From a virus: 64,000 nt of DNA. The notes beneath the pieces were generated by a model, which was given only the letters and a program-made list of their open reading frames with translations, was not told the origin of the DNA and made no database searches. The translations under genes and the position numbers were made by a program. The DNA lies in the IMG/VR virus record IMGVR_UViG_3300022682_000042, positions 18,542 to 82,541 of that record; one strand, written 5' to 3'. This document shows positions 18,748 through 28,253 of this stretch, piece by piece; positions within the stretch are counted from its first letter, which is position 1, and the number at the start of each line of letters is the position of its first letter.

Positions 18748-19580
18748 CCGAAACAAGAGAGACCTATACTATTGGCAATTTGACCCTGGTCGAGACGAAA
18801 AGTCGGGATATCCCAACCGATCAATTACTTGAAGAATGGTTCCGGCTAACAGAGACCGGCCTTATCCAACTTCGACAAGATACCCCACCCCAAGATATCC
18901 TGGAATTGCTTGGCTACCGGCTGGCCTCAGACCTGGACGAACTACGATGGCAGATAGGGGACTGGGCTGTATTGATGGCCTCTCATTATGGCCTGGAAGC
19001 TTACGAGAGGCTGGTGGTGGTTTGTGGCCTGAACCATAAGGCCACAGCCGTGGAGGATTGGGCCTATATCTGTCGGGGAGTGTCTCAACCGGTCCGTTGC
19101 CCTGACCTATCTATCTACTACCACCGGCTAGTTGTTCCCCTGAGAGACCCGGCCAAACAGGGGGAATGGCTAGGCCGGTGTGTCGAAGAGGGCTGGTCCA
19201 TCAGCCGGTTTGAGGCCGAACTGAGGAAGGCCGGGGAGAAAGAGCCGGAGGCCGAAAAACCGTATTACCCTTCTGACCGGGAATACGAATTGATGCTTGA
19301 GGCTGAGGCCGAACGTAAGGCCCGGTATGAGGCCCAGGACCGGTTGGCCGAAGTGGAGAATGAACTGTCTGAGGCCCGATCAAAACTTGACCAGTATGCC
19401 GATGGCTTACCGGCCCCGGAAGTGGCCAGGGGGCAGGTTAGGGAAGTTGTCCGGGTTCTACGGGAATTTGCCTCTACCCTGGAACTGGTTGAGATAGTCA
19501 AAGACCCGGCCAAGTGGGTCAGGACTGTTCGGGCCTTATTGGAGTCGGTGGCCACTGACTTGGAGGAACTTGAGGCTTGA
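18744..19580 (+). CDS. Putative DNA-binding protein (LmbU-like)
   Basis: WQIGDW..YG, LSIYYHRLV and WL..EEGWS pattern, plus a coiled-coil C-terminus. Confidence 0.5.
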   Translation: MTETRETYTIGNLTLVETKSRDIPTDQLLEEWFRLTETGLIQLRQDTPPQDILELLGYRLASDLDELRWQIGDWAVLMASHYGLEAYERLVVVCGLNHKATAVEDWAYICRGVSQPVRCPDLSIYYHRLVVPLRDPAKQGEWLGRCVEEGWSISRFEAELRKAGEKEPEAEKPYYPSDREYELMLEAEAERKARYEAQDRLAEVENELSEARSKLDQYADGLPAPEVARGQVREVVRVLREFASTLELVEIVKDPAKWVRTVRALLESVATDLEELEA

Positions 19581-19866
19581 CAAAAATACTTGACTGTAGT
19601 ATAATGCCTATGTAGAGTTTTTTGAGATTAACCCGGCGGGGTGGGATGGCAACTACCCCAGGAAGGGCCGGGAACTTAGAAAAATAAGGGACATCGGAGA
19701 AAACAGTGAAACGTACATTTCACAGTTTAATACACTTTACTATAGCTAAAAACGCTTTTATCTCTGGCCGGCCCCCGTCCCTATGGGGGCCAGCCAAGCC
19801 CCCGGCCAACGGCAGCGATGCCACTGTTTTCTCCGGGGCCGGTCAGAGGTAAAGGTGTTTTTTTAT
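19577..19866 (+). promoter_or_regulatory. Consensus promoter plus a structured leader with a terminator-like hairpin
   Basis: TTGACA(19577)-17-TATAAT. Stem 19748-19775/19835-19862 with a T-run. 19695-19708 is complementary to 19822-19835. Confidence 0.7.
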
Positions 19867-19942
19867 TTGGTGAGATTGGTTGAATGTGACGAAAGCCTGG
19901 TGATGGAACAAGCCGGGGCGCAAAGACTGCCGGGGTTCTAAA

Positions 19943-20968
19943 ATGATGGACCTAACCTCCCTCAAGCTATCTGTCAGCCTGGCAGAATTAGTAGAACGTC
20001 GGTTAGGCCCTCCCACCGGCAAAACAAACCCGATGTGGCCCTGTCCTTTCCACGACGATAGAGATCCATCTTTTGGGATCTTTGTAGACCAGGCCGGGGC
20101 CGAACGGTACAAATGTTTTGGCTGTGGGGCCACCGGGGATGTATTCGACTGGTTAGAGGCTACCGGCCAGGCCCACAACTTAACTGAGGCCATAGAACTG
20201 CTTAACGGCAAACCCGGCAAACCGATCAAACTATCCCCGGAAGCCCAGGCCAGAGTCGAACAAATAAGACAAGAGAGGCTGACCGAAAAGCAACGAAAGG
20301 CCCAGGAAGCCCTGTCTACCCTGGATAGGTTGTCCGACAAGGTGGAAGTCTATCATCGACAGGTGGGGGAGATATTAGGCCATTGGGAGACTGAGGGGAT
20401 ACAGGCTGAGGCCGTAGGCCGGTGGAAGTTGGGATATTGCCCTTCATTTCCTGTGGCCGGTCGGTCGGAACCAACGGCCGTTATCCCCTATTTCGAGGGG
20501 GGCCGGTTAGTCAATTTGAGACATCGGCTACTGTACCCCAATGGTCACGGCAAGTACCGGCCCGAATTTGCCGGTATCCCCAACCGGCCTTTCAACCTGG
20601 ATGTGTTGAGGCCCAACGATATCCCCTTTTGGCTGCTGGAACCGGGTGAATATGTACTGGTTGAGGGAGAGAAGAAGGCTATCGTCTTGACCGAGTGGGG
20701 CCTGCCGGCCATTGGCCTACCAGGGGTCTCTTCCTGGCAATCTGAGTGGGCCAAAGAGTTTACCGGGGCCGGAACTGTCTTTGTGGCCCTGGATGACCAG
20801 CAGCCCCAGACATTAGCCCAGGCAGGCCGGATAGGGACTGACCTGGTGGGGGCCAGGGTTAACGTAAGAGTGGCATCTATGCCCTGCAAGCCGGATGACT
20901 TCTTTGTCCGGTATGGGGGAAGGGCGGATGATTTTATAGGGATATTGAAGCAAGGGAGGAATCTATGA
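19943..20968 (+). CDS. DNA primase (CHC2 zinc finger plus Toprim)
   Basis: CPFHDDRDPS, YKCFGCGATGDVF, LVEGEKKA and VALDD motifs. Confidence 0.85.
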   Translation: MMDLTSLKLSVSLAELVERRLGPPTGKTNPMWPCPFHDDRDPSFGIFVDQAGAERYKCFGCGATGDVFDWLEATGQAHNLTEAIELLNGKPGKPIKLSPEAQARVEQIRQERLTEKQRKAQEALSTLDRLSDKVEVYHRQVGEILGHWETEGIQAEAVGRWKLGYCPSFPVAGRSEPTAVIPYFEGGRLVNLRHRLLYPNGHGKYRPEFAGIPNRPFNLDVLRPNDIPFWLLEPGEYVLVEGEKKAIVLTEWGLPAIGLPGVSSWQSEWAKEFTGAGTVFVALDDQQPQTLAQAGRIGTDLVGARVNVRVASMPCKPDDFFVRYGGRADDFIGILKQGRNL

Positions 20969-21297
20969 CAACAGAATATACCGGAACAATTTGGGCAAAA
21001 AGCAATGACAGGCAGGCTTTAGAAAATATAGGGATTATTCTTGGGAGTCATAATGGATATGAATTTACAAATTGTATAGTCTCTGAAGAAGCTATGGAAA
21101 AACTGGATAAACTTTGGGGCCGATATTATTGGAAATTAGAGGATAAAGAATGGGTCACAGTTGGATGTAGTAGTGGAAACTGTCGAGGCCGAAGAAACGG
21201 GAAAAGGGGCTTCCCGGTAACTATTAAAGCATCAAAATTAGAAGATTATAACTCTGGCAAATATAGACCAGTATGTAATGAGTGCTTTAGTAAATAG
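20965..21297 (+). CDS. Hypothetical protein with C-terminal Cys motifs
   Basis: 110 aa with a GGAGG RBS; AT-rich. Confidence 0.55.
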   Translation: MTTEYTGTIWAKSNDRQALENIGIILGSHNGYEFTNCIVSEEAMEKLDKLWGRYYWKLEDKEWVTVGCSSGNCRGRRNGKRGFPVTIKASKLEDYNSGKYRPVCNECFSK

Positions 21298-21306
21298 GAG
21301 AAAGCT

Positions 21307-21492
21307 ATGACCCAAGAATTTACACCCGACCAATTATTGGAATGGCTCGAAGAGGCCAAAGAACTCGAGGAATATTACCGGAAGAACCTTATCCAGTGGA
21401 AACGGGTCCGAGAGAACCTTGAGGCCCGGCTGAACCTGGTTATCGATCAGCAGTTGGCAGTTATGGAAGTCGAAAAATGGCTGGATCAATAG
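21307..21492 (+). CDS. Small coiled-coil hypothetical protein
   Basis: 61 aa with an AGGAG RBS. Confidence 0.55.
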   Translation: MTQEFTPDQLLEWLEEAKELEEYYRKNLIQWKRVRENLEARLNLVIDQQLAVMEVEKWLDQ

Positions 21493-21704
21493 ACTGTGAC
21501 TGTGGCAAGGTCAACGTATTTCCTACCCTGGAACTGGCCGAACAGGCCGTAAACCACTATAACCGGGATAGATGCACCCCTAACGGAGTGAGGCAGTACC
21601 CGGTTCGTTGTACTCGCTGTGGCCAATATTGCCTGACCAGCCATAAGTATGGCGAGTGGAGGCCGGGGGTGGCAGTGGAAGAGATGGTGGAGGCTGAGGT
21701 TTGA
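21477..21704 (+). CDS. Small zinc-finger-like protein
   Basis: CDCGK...CTRCGQYCLTS. Confidence 0.5.
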   Translation: MAGSIDCDCGKVNVFPTLELAEQAVNHYNRDRCTPNGVRQYPVRCTRCGQYCLTSHKYGEWRPGVAVEEMVEAEV

Positions 21705-21908
21705 CTACAAAATACTTTGGGGGTATAATATCTGTACAATTGAATGGTAGTTCATTCCCTTTGGCCGGGGAATGGCTGCCGGTAAGTAAGACAAGCCCAT
21801 AGTCACGGTGACTCCTGTTTTTTCGGGGCCGCTGGATAGCTATCTATCATTGACTATGGGGGTAGATGGCAGGCCAGCCAGCGGTGCCGAAAGGATGGGA
21901 GTTTTTTA
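21701..21908 (+). promoter_or_regulatory. Promoter plus a structured leader with a terminator-like hairpin
   Basis: TTGACT-17-TATAAT. Stem 21811-21835/21878-21902 with a T-run. 21796-21805 is complementary to 21851-21860. Confidence 0.65.
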
Positions 21909-21910
21909 TT

Positions 21911-22732
21911 ATGGCAAAACGGAAAAGTATAAGCAAGAAAACAAGATTTGAAGTATTTAAGCGTGATAGTTTTACTTGCCAGTATTGTGGTAGGTCTGCC
22001 CCTGATGTGCTTCTCCAAATAGATCATATTGAGCCATATTCAAAAACAGAAGATAATGACATTCTTAATCTAGTTACAAGCTGTTCGGACTGTAACTTGG
22101 GAAAAGGAGCCAAGTCTTTACAAGATGATACTGTAATCAAGAAAAAGAAACAACAATTAAATGAATTACAGGAAAGACGAGAGCAGCTTGAAATGATGAT
22201 GGCTTGGCATCGGTCTTTACTTGATTTGGAAGAACAGGCAGTTACCGAGTTATCTGACTTTTGGTCTGAATTGACAGAATATAACTTAAATGAATATGGA
22301 CTAAAAAACATTAAGCGATGGGTAAAACGATTTGGTCTTCAAGAAGTTATTGAAGTTATGAAAATATCAACATCTCAATATCTAAAATATGAATATACCG
22401 AGGAAAATCCTACTTCACCTACCCACGAATCTGTTGAAAAAAGTTTCAACTATATTCCAAAAATTTGTGCATCACGTCGAAAAACAAAAGATAAGCCCTA
22501 TTTGAAAGACCTGTATTATATCAGGGGTATTATTAGAAATCGTCTGTCTTATATCAACGAGTGGCAATCAATCCAAATTATGGAAGAGGCTTTTTTAGTA
22601 GGTGTATCTATTGACACCTTAAAAAATATCGCTCTGGCAGTAGACTCCTGGAAAGAGTTTAAGGTAACAGTTGATTACTGCAAGGATTATAAAGAAAGGG
22701 AAAGTGGCGAAAATGGGCAAGAAACTTTATGA
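21911..22732 (+). CDS. HNH endonuclease-domain protein
   Basis: RFEVFKRDSFTCQYCG..IDHIEP..NLVTSCSDCNLGK; AT-rich. Confidence 0.85.
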   Translation: MAKRKSISKKTRFEVFKRDSFTCQYCGRSAPDVLLQIDHIEPYSKTEDNDILNLVTSCSDCNLGKGAKSLQDDTVIKKKKQQLNELQERREQLEMMMAWHRSLLDLEEQAVTELSDFWSELTEYNLNEYGLKNIKRWVKRFGLQEVIEVMKISTSQYLKYEYTEENPTSPTHESVEKSFNYIPKICASRRKTKDKPYLKDLYYIRGIIRNRLSYINEWQSIQIMEEAFLVGVSIDTLKNIALAVDSWKEFKVTVDYCKDYKERESGENGQETL

Positions 22733-23741
22733 AAAATCTCAGTCTGGTAATTTTAGATTTAAGACCACCAGAAAAATAGGAGATGTCCGAATACCTAATT
22801 ATGTTTATGACTTATGGATGCCACTTGTCGGAGCCACAGCTATAGGCGTATATGGAACATACTGCCGACTGGAAAGAGAAGGTTCTGTCAAGGCTATTAC
22901 AATGGCAGACCTTGCAAAAGCCTGCCGAATAGGGACCGATAAGTTACGAACAATCAATGAAACATTAGAGGAGTGTGGTTTTGTTTCTATTACCAAACCA
23001 GAGGGGGCGGCCCGGCTCATGCATTTTACAACAGAAATCACTACTCATAATCCACCATTTGTTATTCCCAAAAAGTTAATTGAAAAACTGGCTATTACCA
23101 GTGGTTATGAGGTTTTAAGCAAGTGGTTAGTTGAAGAAAATGACCAAGAAGATGAAGACCAAACTCCATCTTCGGAAAACCTAGATGGGTTTTCCGAAGA
23201 GCCTAACCAGGCCCTTGACGAAGACCTATCTGGGTCTCCCAAGGTTGTAGCCCTTGGTTTGCAACCCTTGGAGGTTGCAGAAAGTGAACCTTCTTTTTCT
23301 GGAAAAAACGGCCAACCCTCTGACCCGACAGACTTCTTTTTTGCTGGAAAAGAAGTAAACGAGTTAACCGGTCCTAATCCAACCGACCAACACTTTCGAT
23401 ACGGACAGGAGGTAGAACGGGCCTTTGACGAATTAGCCGGCGGATGGGGTAAGACGGCCCAACAACGATTGGTTCAGCGAGACTTGCTCAGGGGTGGTGT
23501 AGTTGAACGTGAAAAGCGGGGCGAGAAATTTGATTTGGCTCAGTGGGAGCAGTCTATCCGGGAGAGTATAGGCCGGGGGGTTGGGGCTGGTAACATTGCC
23601 CGGTTCTGGGAGGTCTATGACTGCGGGGGAAGTTATGAAGAGTATCTCAGGCAGGCTTACCCGAAAGAGAACAAGTCTGCACAATCCCGTTATGGCATAC
23701 AGGAAAGGGAAGACGGTAAGACCGTCCTGGTGATAGATTGA
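22713..23741 (+). CDS. Putative replication initiator (winged HTH)
   Basis: IPNYVYDLWMPLVGATAIGVY..LAKACRIG..LEECGFV; lies directly before the helicase. Confidence 0.65.
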   Translation: MGKKLYEKSQSGNFRFKTTRKIGDVRIPNYVYDLWMPLVGATAIGVYGTYCRLEREGSVKAITMADLAKACRIGTDKLRTINETLEECGFVSITKPEGAARLMHFTTEITTHNPPFVIPKKLIEKLAITSGYEVLSKWLVEENDQEDEDQTPSSENLDGFSEEPNQALDEDLSGSPKVVALGLQPLEVAESEPSFSGKNGQPSDPTDFFFAGKEVNELTGPNPTDQHFRYGQEVERAFDELAGGWGKTAQQRLVQRDLLRGGVVEREKRGEKFDLAQWEQSIRESIGRGVGAGNIARFWEVYDCGGSYEEYLRQAYPKENKSAQSRYGIQEREDGKTVLVID

Positions 23742-24760
23742 TGACAAACAACGGCAGCCAGCCAGCAATGGACAGGGTTAAAGAGGCCGGCAAGATGTTT
23801 TTGTTCACGCCGGCCGAAAGCACGGCCAGCTACACGGCCTATGTCGAGGAACAGTTACAGGCCCCCCAGGTCAATTGGGGCTGCAAGACCCTGGATAACA
23901 GTATTACCCCGATGAAACCGGGTCAGGTAACGATGGTGGTGGCCAGGCCGGGCAATGGCAAGACTTCATTTATGGTCTATCTGGCCCGAAAGACAGCCTT
24001 GGATTTACGGGCTAGGGGAGAAGATAAGGACAAGTGTGTAGTCTATATCAGTTGGGAAGAGCCGGTTGAGTCGATTGAGATGTCTATTCAGTCCGGGGAA
24101 CGGTACAGTAGTGAGGATGTGGCCTGGAATCGGGTCAACCTGGACCAGGTAGTGGGGGCCAGCCTGTCCCGGCCCTCTCTTCCCATCTGGCTTATTGGCC
24201 GGTCATTGGTTAGAGACCGGGATAAGCGTAAGCCCCCTTTGACTGTGGATAAGGTCATTGATACGATCAAAGCGATGTTCTATGAGTTTGGTAAGAAACC
24301 GGTCCTGATATGTGGTGACTATCTACAAAAGGTTCCGGTCTCTGTCCGGGGTCGGTCAAGGATGGATGAAGTCACCGAGGCCATGTTTAGCCTGACTGAG
24401 CTTTCTATTGACACCAATTGTCCGGTCCTGTTTGGGGCGCAGGCTACCAGGGATGTCGATGACCAGGGCCTACCAATTCCTACCCTGTCCGGGGCGCAGT
24501 GGACATCAGCCATAGAACAAGAAGCTTTCAGGATGTTGGCCCTACTCAGGCCGACAACGGTATTCAAGAAAGGGGGTGGGGGAATGGAGTATATCGAGGT
24601 TGGGGGCCGGGAATACAAGGTGGATGAGAATTTGCTTTTAGTCCGGCTCTTGAAGCAGCGTCAATATTTTCCATCGAATAATACCTATGCAGTCCGGTTT
24701 GACCCAAGACGGTTTGAGATGCAAGATTTTTCTTATGTCGGGGTTGGTAATGAAATATAG
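23741..24760 (+). CDS. DnaB-like replicative helicase
   Basis: Walker A ARPGNGKT, ISWEE, GDYLQ, AIEQEA and LKQR motifs. Confidence 0.85.
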   Translation: MTNNGSQPAMDRVKEAGKMFLFTPAESTASYTAYVEEQLQAPQVNWGCKTLDNSITPMKPGQVTMVVARPGNGKTSFMVYLARKTALDLRARGEDKDKCVVYISWEEPVESIEMSIQSGERYSSEDVAWNRVNLDQVVGASLSRPSLPIWLIGRSLVRDRDKRKPPLTVDKVIDTIKAMFYEFGKKPVLICGDYLQKVPVSVRGRSRMDEVTEAMFSLTELSIDTNCPVLFGAQATRDVDDQGLPIPTLSGAQWTSAIEQEAFRMLALLRPTTVFKKGGGGMEYIEVGGREYKVDENLLLVRLLKQRQYFPSNNTYAVRFDPRRFEMQDFSYVGVGNEI

Positions 24761-24820
24761 TGACCTCCCCCGCCTGTACGTTTATCATTGCCTGTTGGCC
24801 CGGAATAGTTTTGGGCCTGA

Positions 24821-24979
24821 ACGGGCTATGTGGTGGCTAAAATACTCTGTACTAAATTGAATATTGATATGGGACAGGTGATGGCCGACAATATCGAGAA
24901 ATTGCTTGTCAGGTATCCTAATGGCTACTCTTCAGATGATAGTCAAAACAGAATTGACGTTAAAAAGGAGAAAGTGTAA
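24821..24979 (+). pseudogene. C-terminal remnant of a MazG-like nucleotide pyrophosphohydrolase
   Basis: Unlisted frame YVVAKILCTKLNIDMGQVMADNIEKLLVRYPNGYS, preceded by an in-frame TGA; catalytic EExE part absent. Confidence 0.5.
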
Positions 24980-25707
24980 TGGGGAAAAACAGTTCTATCG
25001 AGTGGACCGATTCAACTGTAAATTTTTGGCAAGGCTGCCAGAAGGTTAGCCCCGGCTGCAAAAACTGTTATATGTACCGGGACAAGAAACGGTATGGCCA
25101 AGACCCGGCCACAGTAGTCAGGTCTAGCCCGGCCACATTCAATAAACCGAAGAAGTGGAAAGACCCGGCCCTGGTCTTTACCTGTTCCTGGTCGGACTTT
25201 TTCATCGAACAGGCTGACCCCTGGCGGGATGAAGCCTGGGACATTATCAGGCAGACTCCTCATTTGACTTACCAGATTTTGACAAAGCGGCCCGAACTGG
25301 TCAAGGACCGGTTGCCCGATGATTGGGGCGAGGGGTGGCCCAATGTCTGGCTTGGGGTTAGTATTGAGACTGAGGATTATTACTGGCGGATTATGGCTAT
25401 CGAGGATATTCCGGCAATGGTTAAATTTGTCAGCGCTGAACCCCTGTTAGGGCCATTATCCAACCTGTACAGTTATTTCCCGGTTATTGATTGGGTAATT
25501 ACCGGGGGGGAAAGCGGGCCAAAGTACAGGCCGGCCAACCTGGATTGGTTCCGGGAAATTCGGGATGATTGCCAGAAGTGGGGAGTTCCGTTCTTCCATA
25601 AGCAACATGGAGGGAACCGGAAGGTCGATGGAGTCTGGGGAGGCCGGATGTTGGACGGGCGGGCCTGGGATGAGATGCCGGAAGTTAGAAGTCTTAAAAA
25701 TACTTGA
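24979..25707 (+). CDS. Phage Gp37/Gp68 (DUF5131) family protein
   Basis: SSIEWTDST.N..GCQKVSPGCKNCY, QILTKRP, FVSAEPLLG and WVITGGESG motifs. Confidence 0.9.
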   Translation: MGKNSSIEWTDSTVNFWQGCQKVSPGCKNCYMYRDKKRYGQDPATVVRSSPATFNKPKKWKDPALVFTCSWSDFFIEQADPWRDEAWDIIRQTPHLTYQILTKRPELVKDRLPDDWGEGWPNVWLGVSIETEDYYWRIMAIEDIPAMVKFVSAEPLLGPLSNLYSYFPVIDWVITGGESGPKYRPANLDWFREIRDDCQKWGVPFFHKQHGGNRKVDGVWGGRMLDGRAWDEMPEVRSLKNT

Positions 25708-25755
25708 CTTGTCGGGCCAACGGTGGTACAATGGATGGTAGGAGGATTACTGAGT

Positions 25756-26163
25756 ATGACAAATAGACTTACTATAGGCCGGGCCACAGAATTGTACCGG
25801 AAGGGCCTACTCAAAATAGCTCCCCCCCAGTATCGGGGCCGATCTGCCGTATTTATGCCAGTTGTCGATACAGAAACTGGCCAACCGGTCAACCTGAACC
25901 CCCAGTCTTTTCGGGTCAACGGCTCATTTATTCCGGCCCGACAATACCTGCTTGAGAAAGACGTTATTCTGTCCGATGCCCAGAGGTTTGGTCTGGCCCT
26001 GATAGCCTGGCTCAAGGGCTACGAAGGCCCTGACAAATGGGCTTTGGTCGAGGATATTGTTCAATTCCTGGGGGAACCGGACGATAACGGAAATATTACT
26101 TTAACAATCAATGTGGGGCCTCATCTTGCCGAACGAGAACAAGACCCCAACGGGACCGGGTAA
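25756..26163 (+). CDS. Hypothetical protein
   Basis: AGGAGG RBS after the promoter TTGACT-17-TACAAT. Confidence 0.55.
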   Translation: MTNRLTIGRATELYRKGLLKIAPPQYRGRSAVFMPVVDTETGQPVNLNPQSFRVNGSFIPARQYLLEKDVILSDAQRFGLALIAWLKGYEGPDKWALVEDIVQFLGEPDDNGNITLTINVGPHLAEREQDPNGTG

Positions 26164-26593
26164 CGGCCCGGATACCGAAAACCTGACCGGGGAACAGGTT
26201 GGCCTTCTCAGGATGTTGGGTCGGCTTGAGGCTAAACTTGACGGCCTGGCCCAGATAATCCGGGAAGGGCAGGAAGAACTGGCAGACTCAATAGACCACC
26301 TGGTTGAGTGTCAGAACCGGGTTAGAGATGCCCTGGCTTATCTACTAAGCCACCGAGAGGGGCCGGAAGCCCGGAAGTTCCAGGAAGCCATAGAAAAATA
26401 TCCGGGCCACCCAGAGGATAGGACCGAGTATGAAAGTTTGCTGGTACAGGTCCGAGAGAAACAAAGATACCTGAATCTGTTAAGGGAAGAGGGGGCCAGG
26501 GCGGGACATCCCGACCCGGCTCGACAAATTGAGATAGAAGATTTGCAGGACGAAATCAACGAGTTACATATTAAAATTAGGAGAATGTCATGA
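26111..26593 (+). CDS. Coiled-coil hypothetical protein (start uncertain)
   Basis: Heptad-rich frame coupled to the next gene. Confidence 0.5.
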   Translation: MWGLILPNENKTPTGPGNGPDTENLTGEQVGLLRMLGRLEAKLDGLAQIIREGQEELADSIDHLVECQNRVRDALAYLLSHREGPEARKFQEAIEKYPGHPEDRTEYESLLVQVREKQRYLNLLREEGARAGHPDPARQIEIEDLQDEINELHIKIRRMS

Positions 26594-27000
26594 AAACTTT
26601 GACCATTGTTATTTTAGCTTTACTGTTGTTTGTAGCCCTGGCAGTACCGGCCCTGGCTCAAGACAATACCGGCCAATTGCCTGATACGGCCGTTGGCTTC
26701 CTGACCCTGCTGACCGGCCTGGCTACGGCCTGGATAGGGGGTGGGGCTATCGGTTCGTTTCTAACCAACCTACTCAAGACCTTGACCTTTATCCCAGAAG
26801 AGGATAGATCAAGGATAACCGGAACAGGAGCCGAGTTTGTGGCGGCAGTTCTGACTACGGCTGTAGGGGTTCTGGTCCAATACTCTTTACCTTTATTCCA
26901 ATACCTTGATACAGCCGGAATATGGCCTATTATCCTGGCGATTGTAGCGGCAACACCGGCGGCCTTCTTTGGTAAGCTAACTTACAAACTGTCGAAATAA
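26590..27000 (+). CDS. Membrane protein, holin candidate
   Basis: Signal-peptide-like N-terminus plus three hydrophobic segments and a basic C-terminus. Confidence 0.5.
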   Translation: MKTLTIVILALLLFVALAVPALAQDNTGQLPDTAVGFLTLLTGLATAWIGGGAIGSFLTNLLKTLTFIPEEDRSRITGTGAEFVAAVLTTAVGVLVQYSLPLFQYLDTAGIWPIILAIVAATPAAFFGKLTYKLSK

Positions 27001-27024
27001 CAGGCAGGCGGGAGGGGACCCCGA

Positions 27025-27984
27025 ATGTTGCCACTTAAGCAGTACCGTATTTTAATTACCGGTGGAACCGGCTCCCTCGGTTCTACTCTGGCCCGACAGT
27101 GGGCCGGCGATGGTCACCAACTGACCATTATCAGCCGGAATGACCACCGGCAGGCCGAACTTATGGCCGACCTTCCCCAGGTAGCTTTCTATTCTCTGGA
27201 CCTGGGAGACCGGAAACATTTACCTCGGCTTGAACGAATATGCCGGGGACAAGACCTCTGTATCCACACAGCGGCCCAAAAAGTTGTATCAATGGGCCAG
27301 TATCAACCCTCCGCTTATATCTCTACCAACATTCAAGGAACCCAAAATATTTGTGATGCCTGGGCCGCGGCCCACGGCAATTGTCGGCGGTTGTTAGCCA
27401 TCTCGACTGATAAAGCACCACAAAGTTTGAATCTATACGGGGCTACCAAAAAGGTTGGAGAGGCCCTTGTCCGGGACTATGACGGGTCTTGCCTCCGGTA
27501 TGGCAATGTAGTTACCTCAAAAGGTTCCTTTATTCAGGTCTGGAAAGAGGCAGCCAAACAGGGCCACCCCCTGGTTTTACGGTCCGGGGCAACCCTGGAT
27601 GAAAAATTGACCTGGGAATTTCCGACCCGGTTTTATCTGTCAATGGCCCAGGCCGTGGGGTTGGTTGAGGAAGCCCTGGGCTTGGTTCTGATAGGCCAGC
27701 AAGGGATATTCGTCCCTAACCACGTTTGGGCCTTTGATATGAAAGATGTAGCTGAGGCCACCGGCCTTCCCTACGAAATCAGGCCCATCACCGGGTATGA
27801 GAAACTTCACGAAATCTTACTGGCCCCCGGTGAAGGGTGGCAAGGGATGGGCCGGTATTTGGGCCGGGTAGTTGTTCCTCATTGGCCTGATGAGGACCTG
27901 GGGTATTATGATACATTCAGGAGTGATAAGGCCCGAAGGCTGTCAGGCCTTCGGGTATTAGAGTTAGCGGGATGGTGGAAATGA
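27025..27984 (+). CDS. PseB/FlaA1-like UDP-GlcNAc 4,6-dehydratase
   Basis: ITGGTGSLG, IHTAAQK, ISTDKA, YGATK, RYGNV and EKLHE motifs. Confidence 0.85.
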   Translation: MLPLKQYRILITGGTGSLGSTLARQWAGDGHQLTIISRNDHRQAELMADLPQVAFYSLDLGDRKHLPRLERICRGQDLCIHTAAQKVVSMGQYQPSAYISTNIQGTQNICDAWAAAHGNCRRLLAISTDKAPQSLNLYGATKKVGEALVRDYDGSCLRYGNVVTSKGSFIQVWKEAAKQGHPLVLRSGATLDEKLTWEFPTRFYLSMAQAVGLVEEALGLVLIGQQGIFVPNHVWAFDMKDVAEATGLPYEIRPITGYEKLHEILLAPGEGWQGMGRYLGRVVVPHWPDEDLGYYDTFRSDKARRLSGLRVLELAGWWK

Positions 27985-28253
27985 CCGAAGAAGAAAAACG
28001 AGAAGAGTTTGAGAAAGCATTTTTTATTCGACAGGTAATTGAGGCCGTTATGAATCGTCATCAAGCCTGGTGGTACTCAGGTGGGGCCTGCCTGTCAGCC
28101 GGGGCCTGTCTGTTTCTGGCCCTACTGTTGATCGGTTGGTTGGCCGGCTGGTGGCCTGGGGGGTGGCAGTTAGGGGTAACGGTTATTGTTACCGGAATTC
28201 TGGCGATTAGCGGGGCGGGACAATATTCAAGGAGCAAGAAAGATGCCAGTTGA
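27981..28253 (+). CDS. Small membrane protein
   Basis: Two hydrophobic helices. Confidence 0.55.
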   Translation: MTEEEKREEFEKAFFIRQVIEAVMNRHQAWWYSGGACLSAGACLFLALLLIGWLAGWWPGGWQLGVTVIVTGILAISGAGQYSRSKKDAS

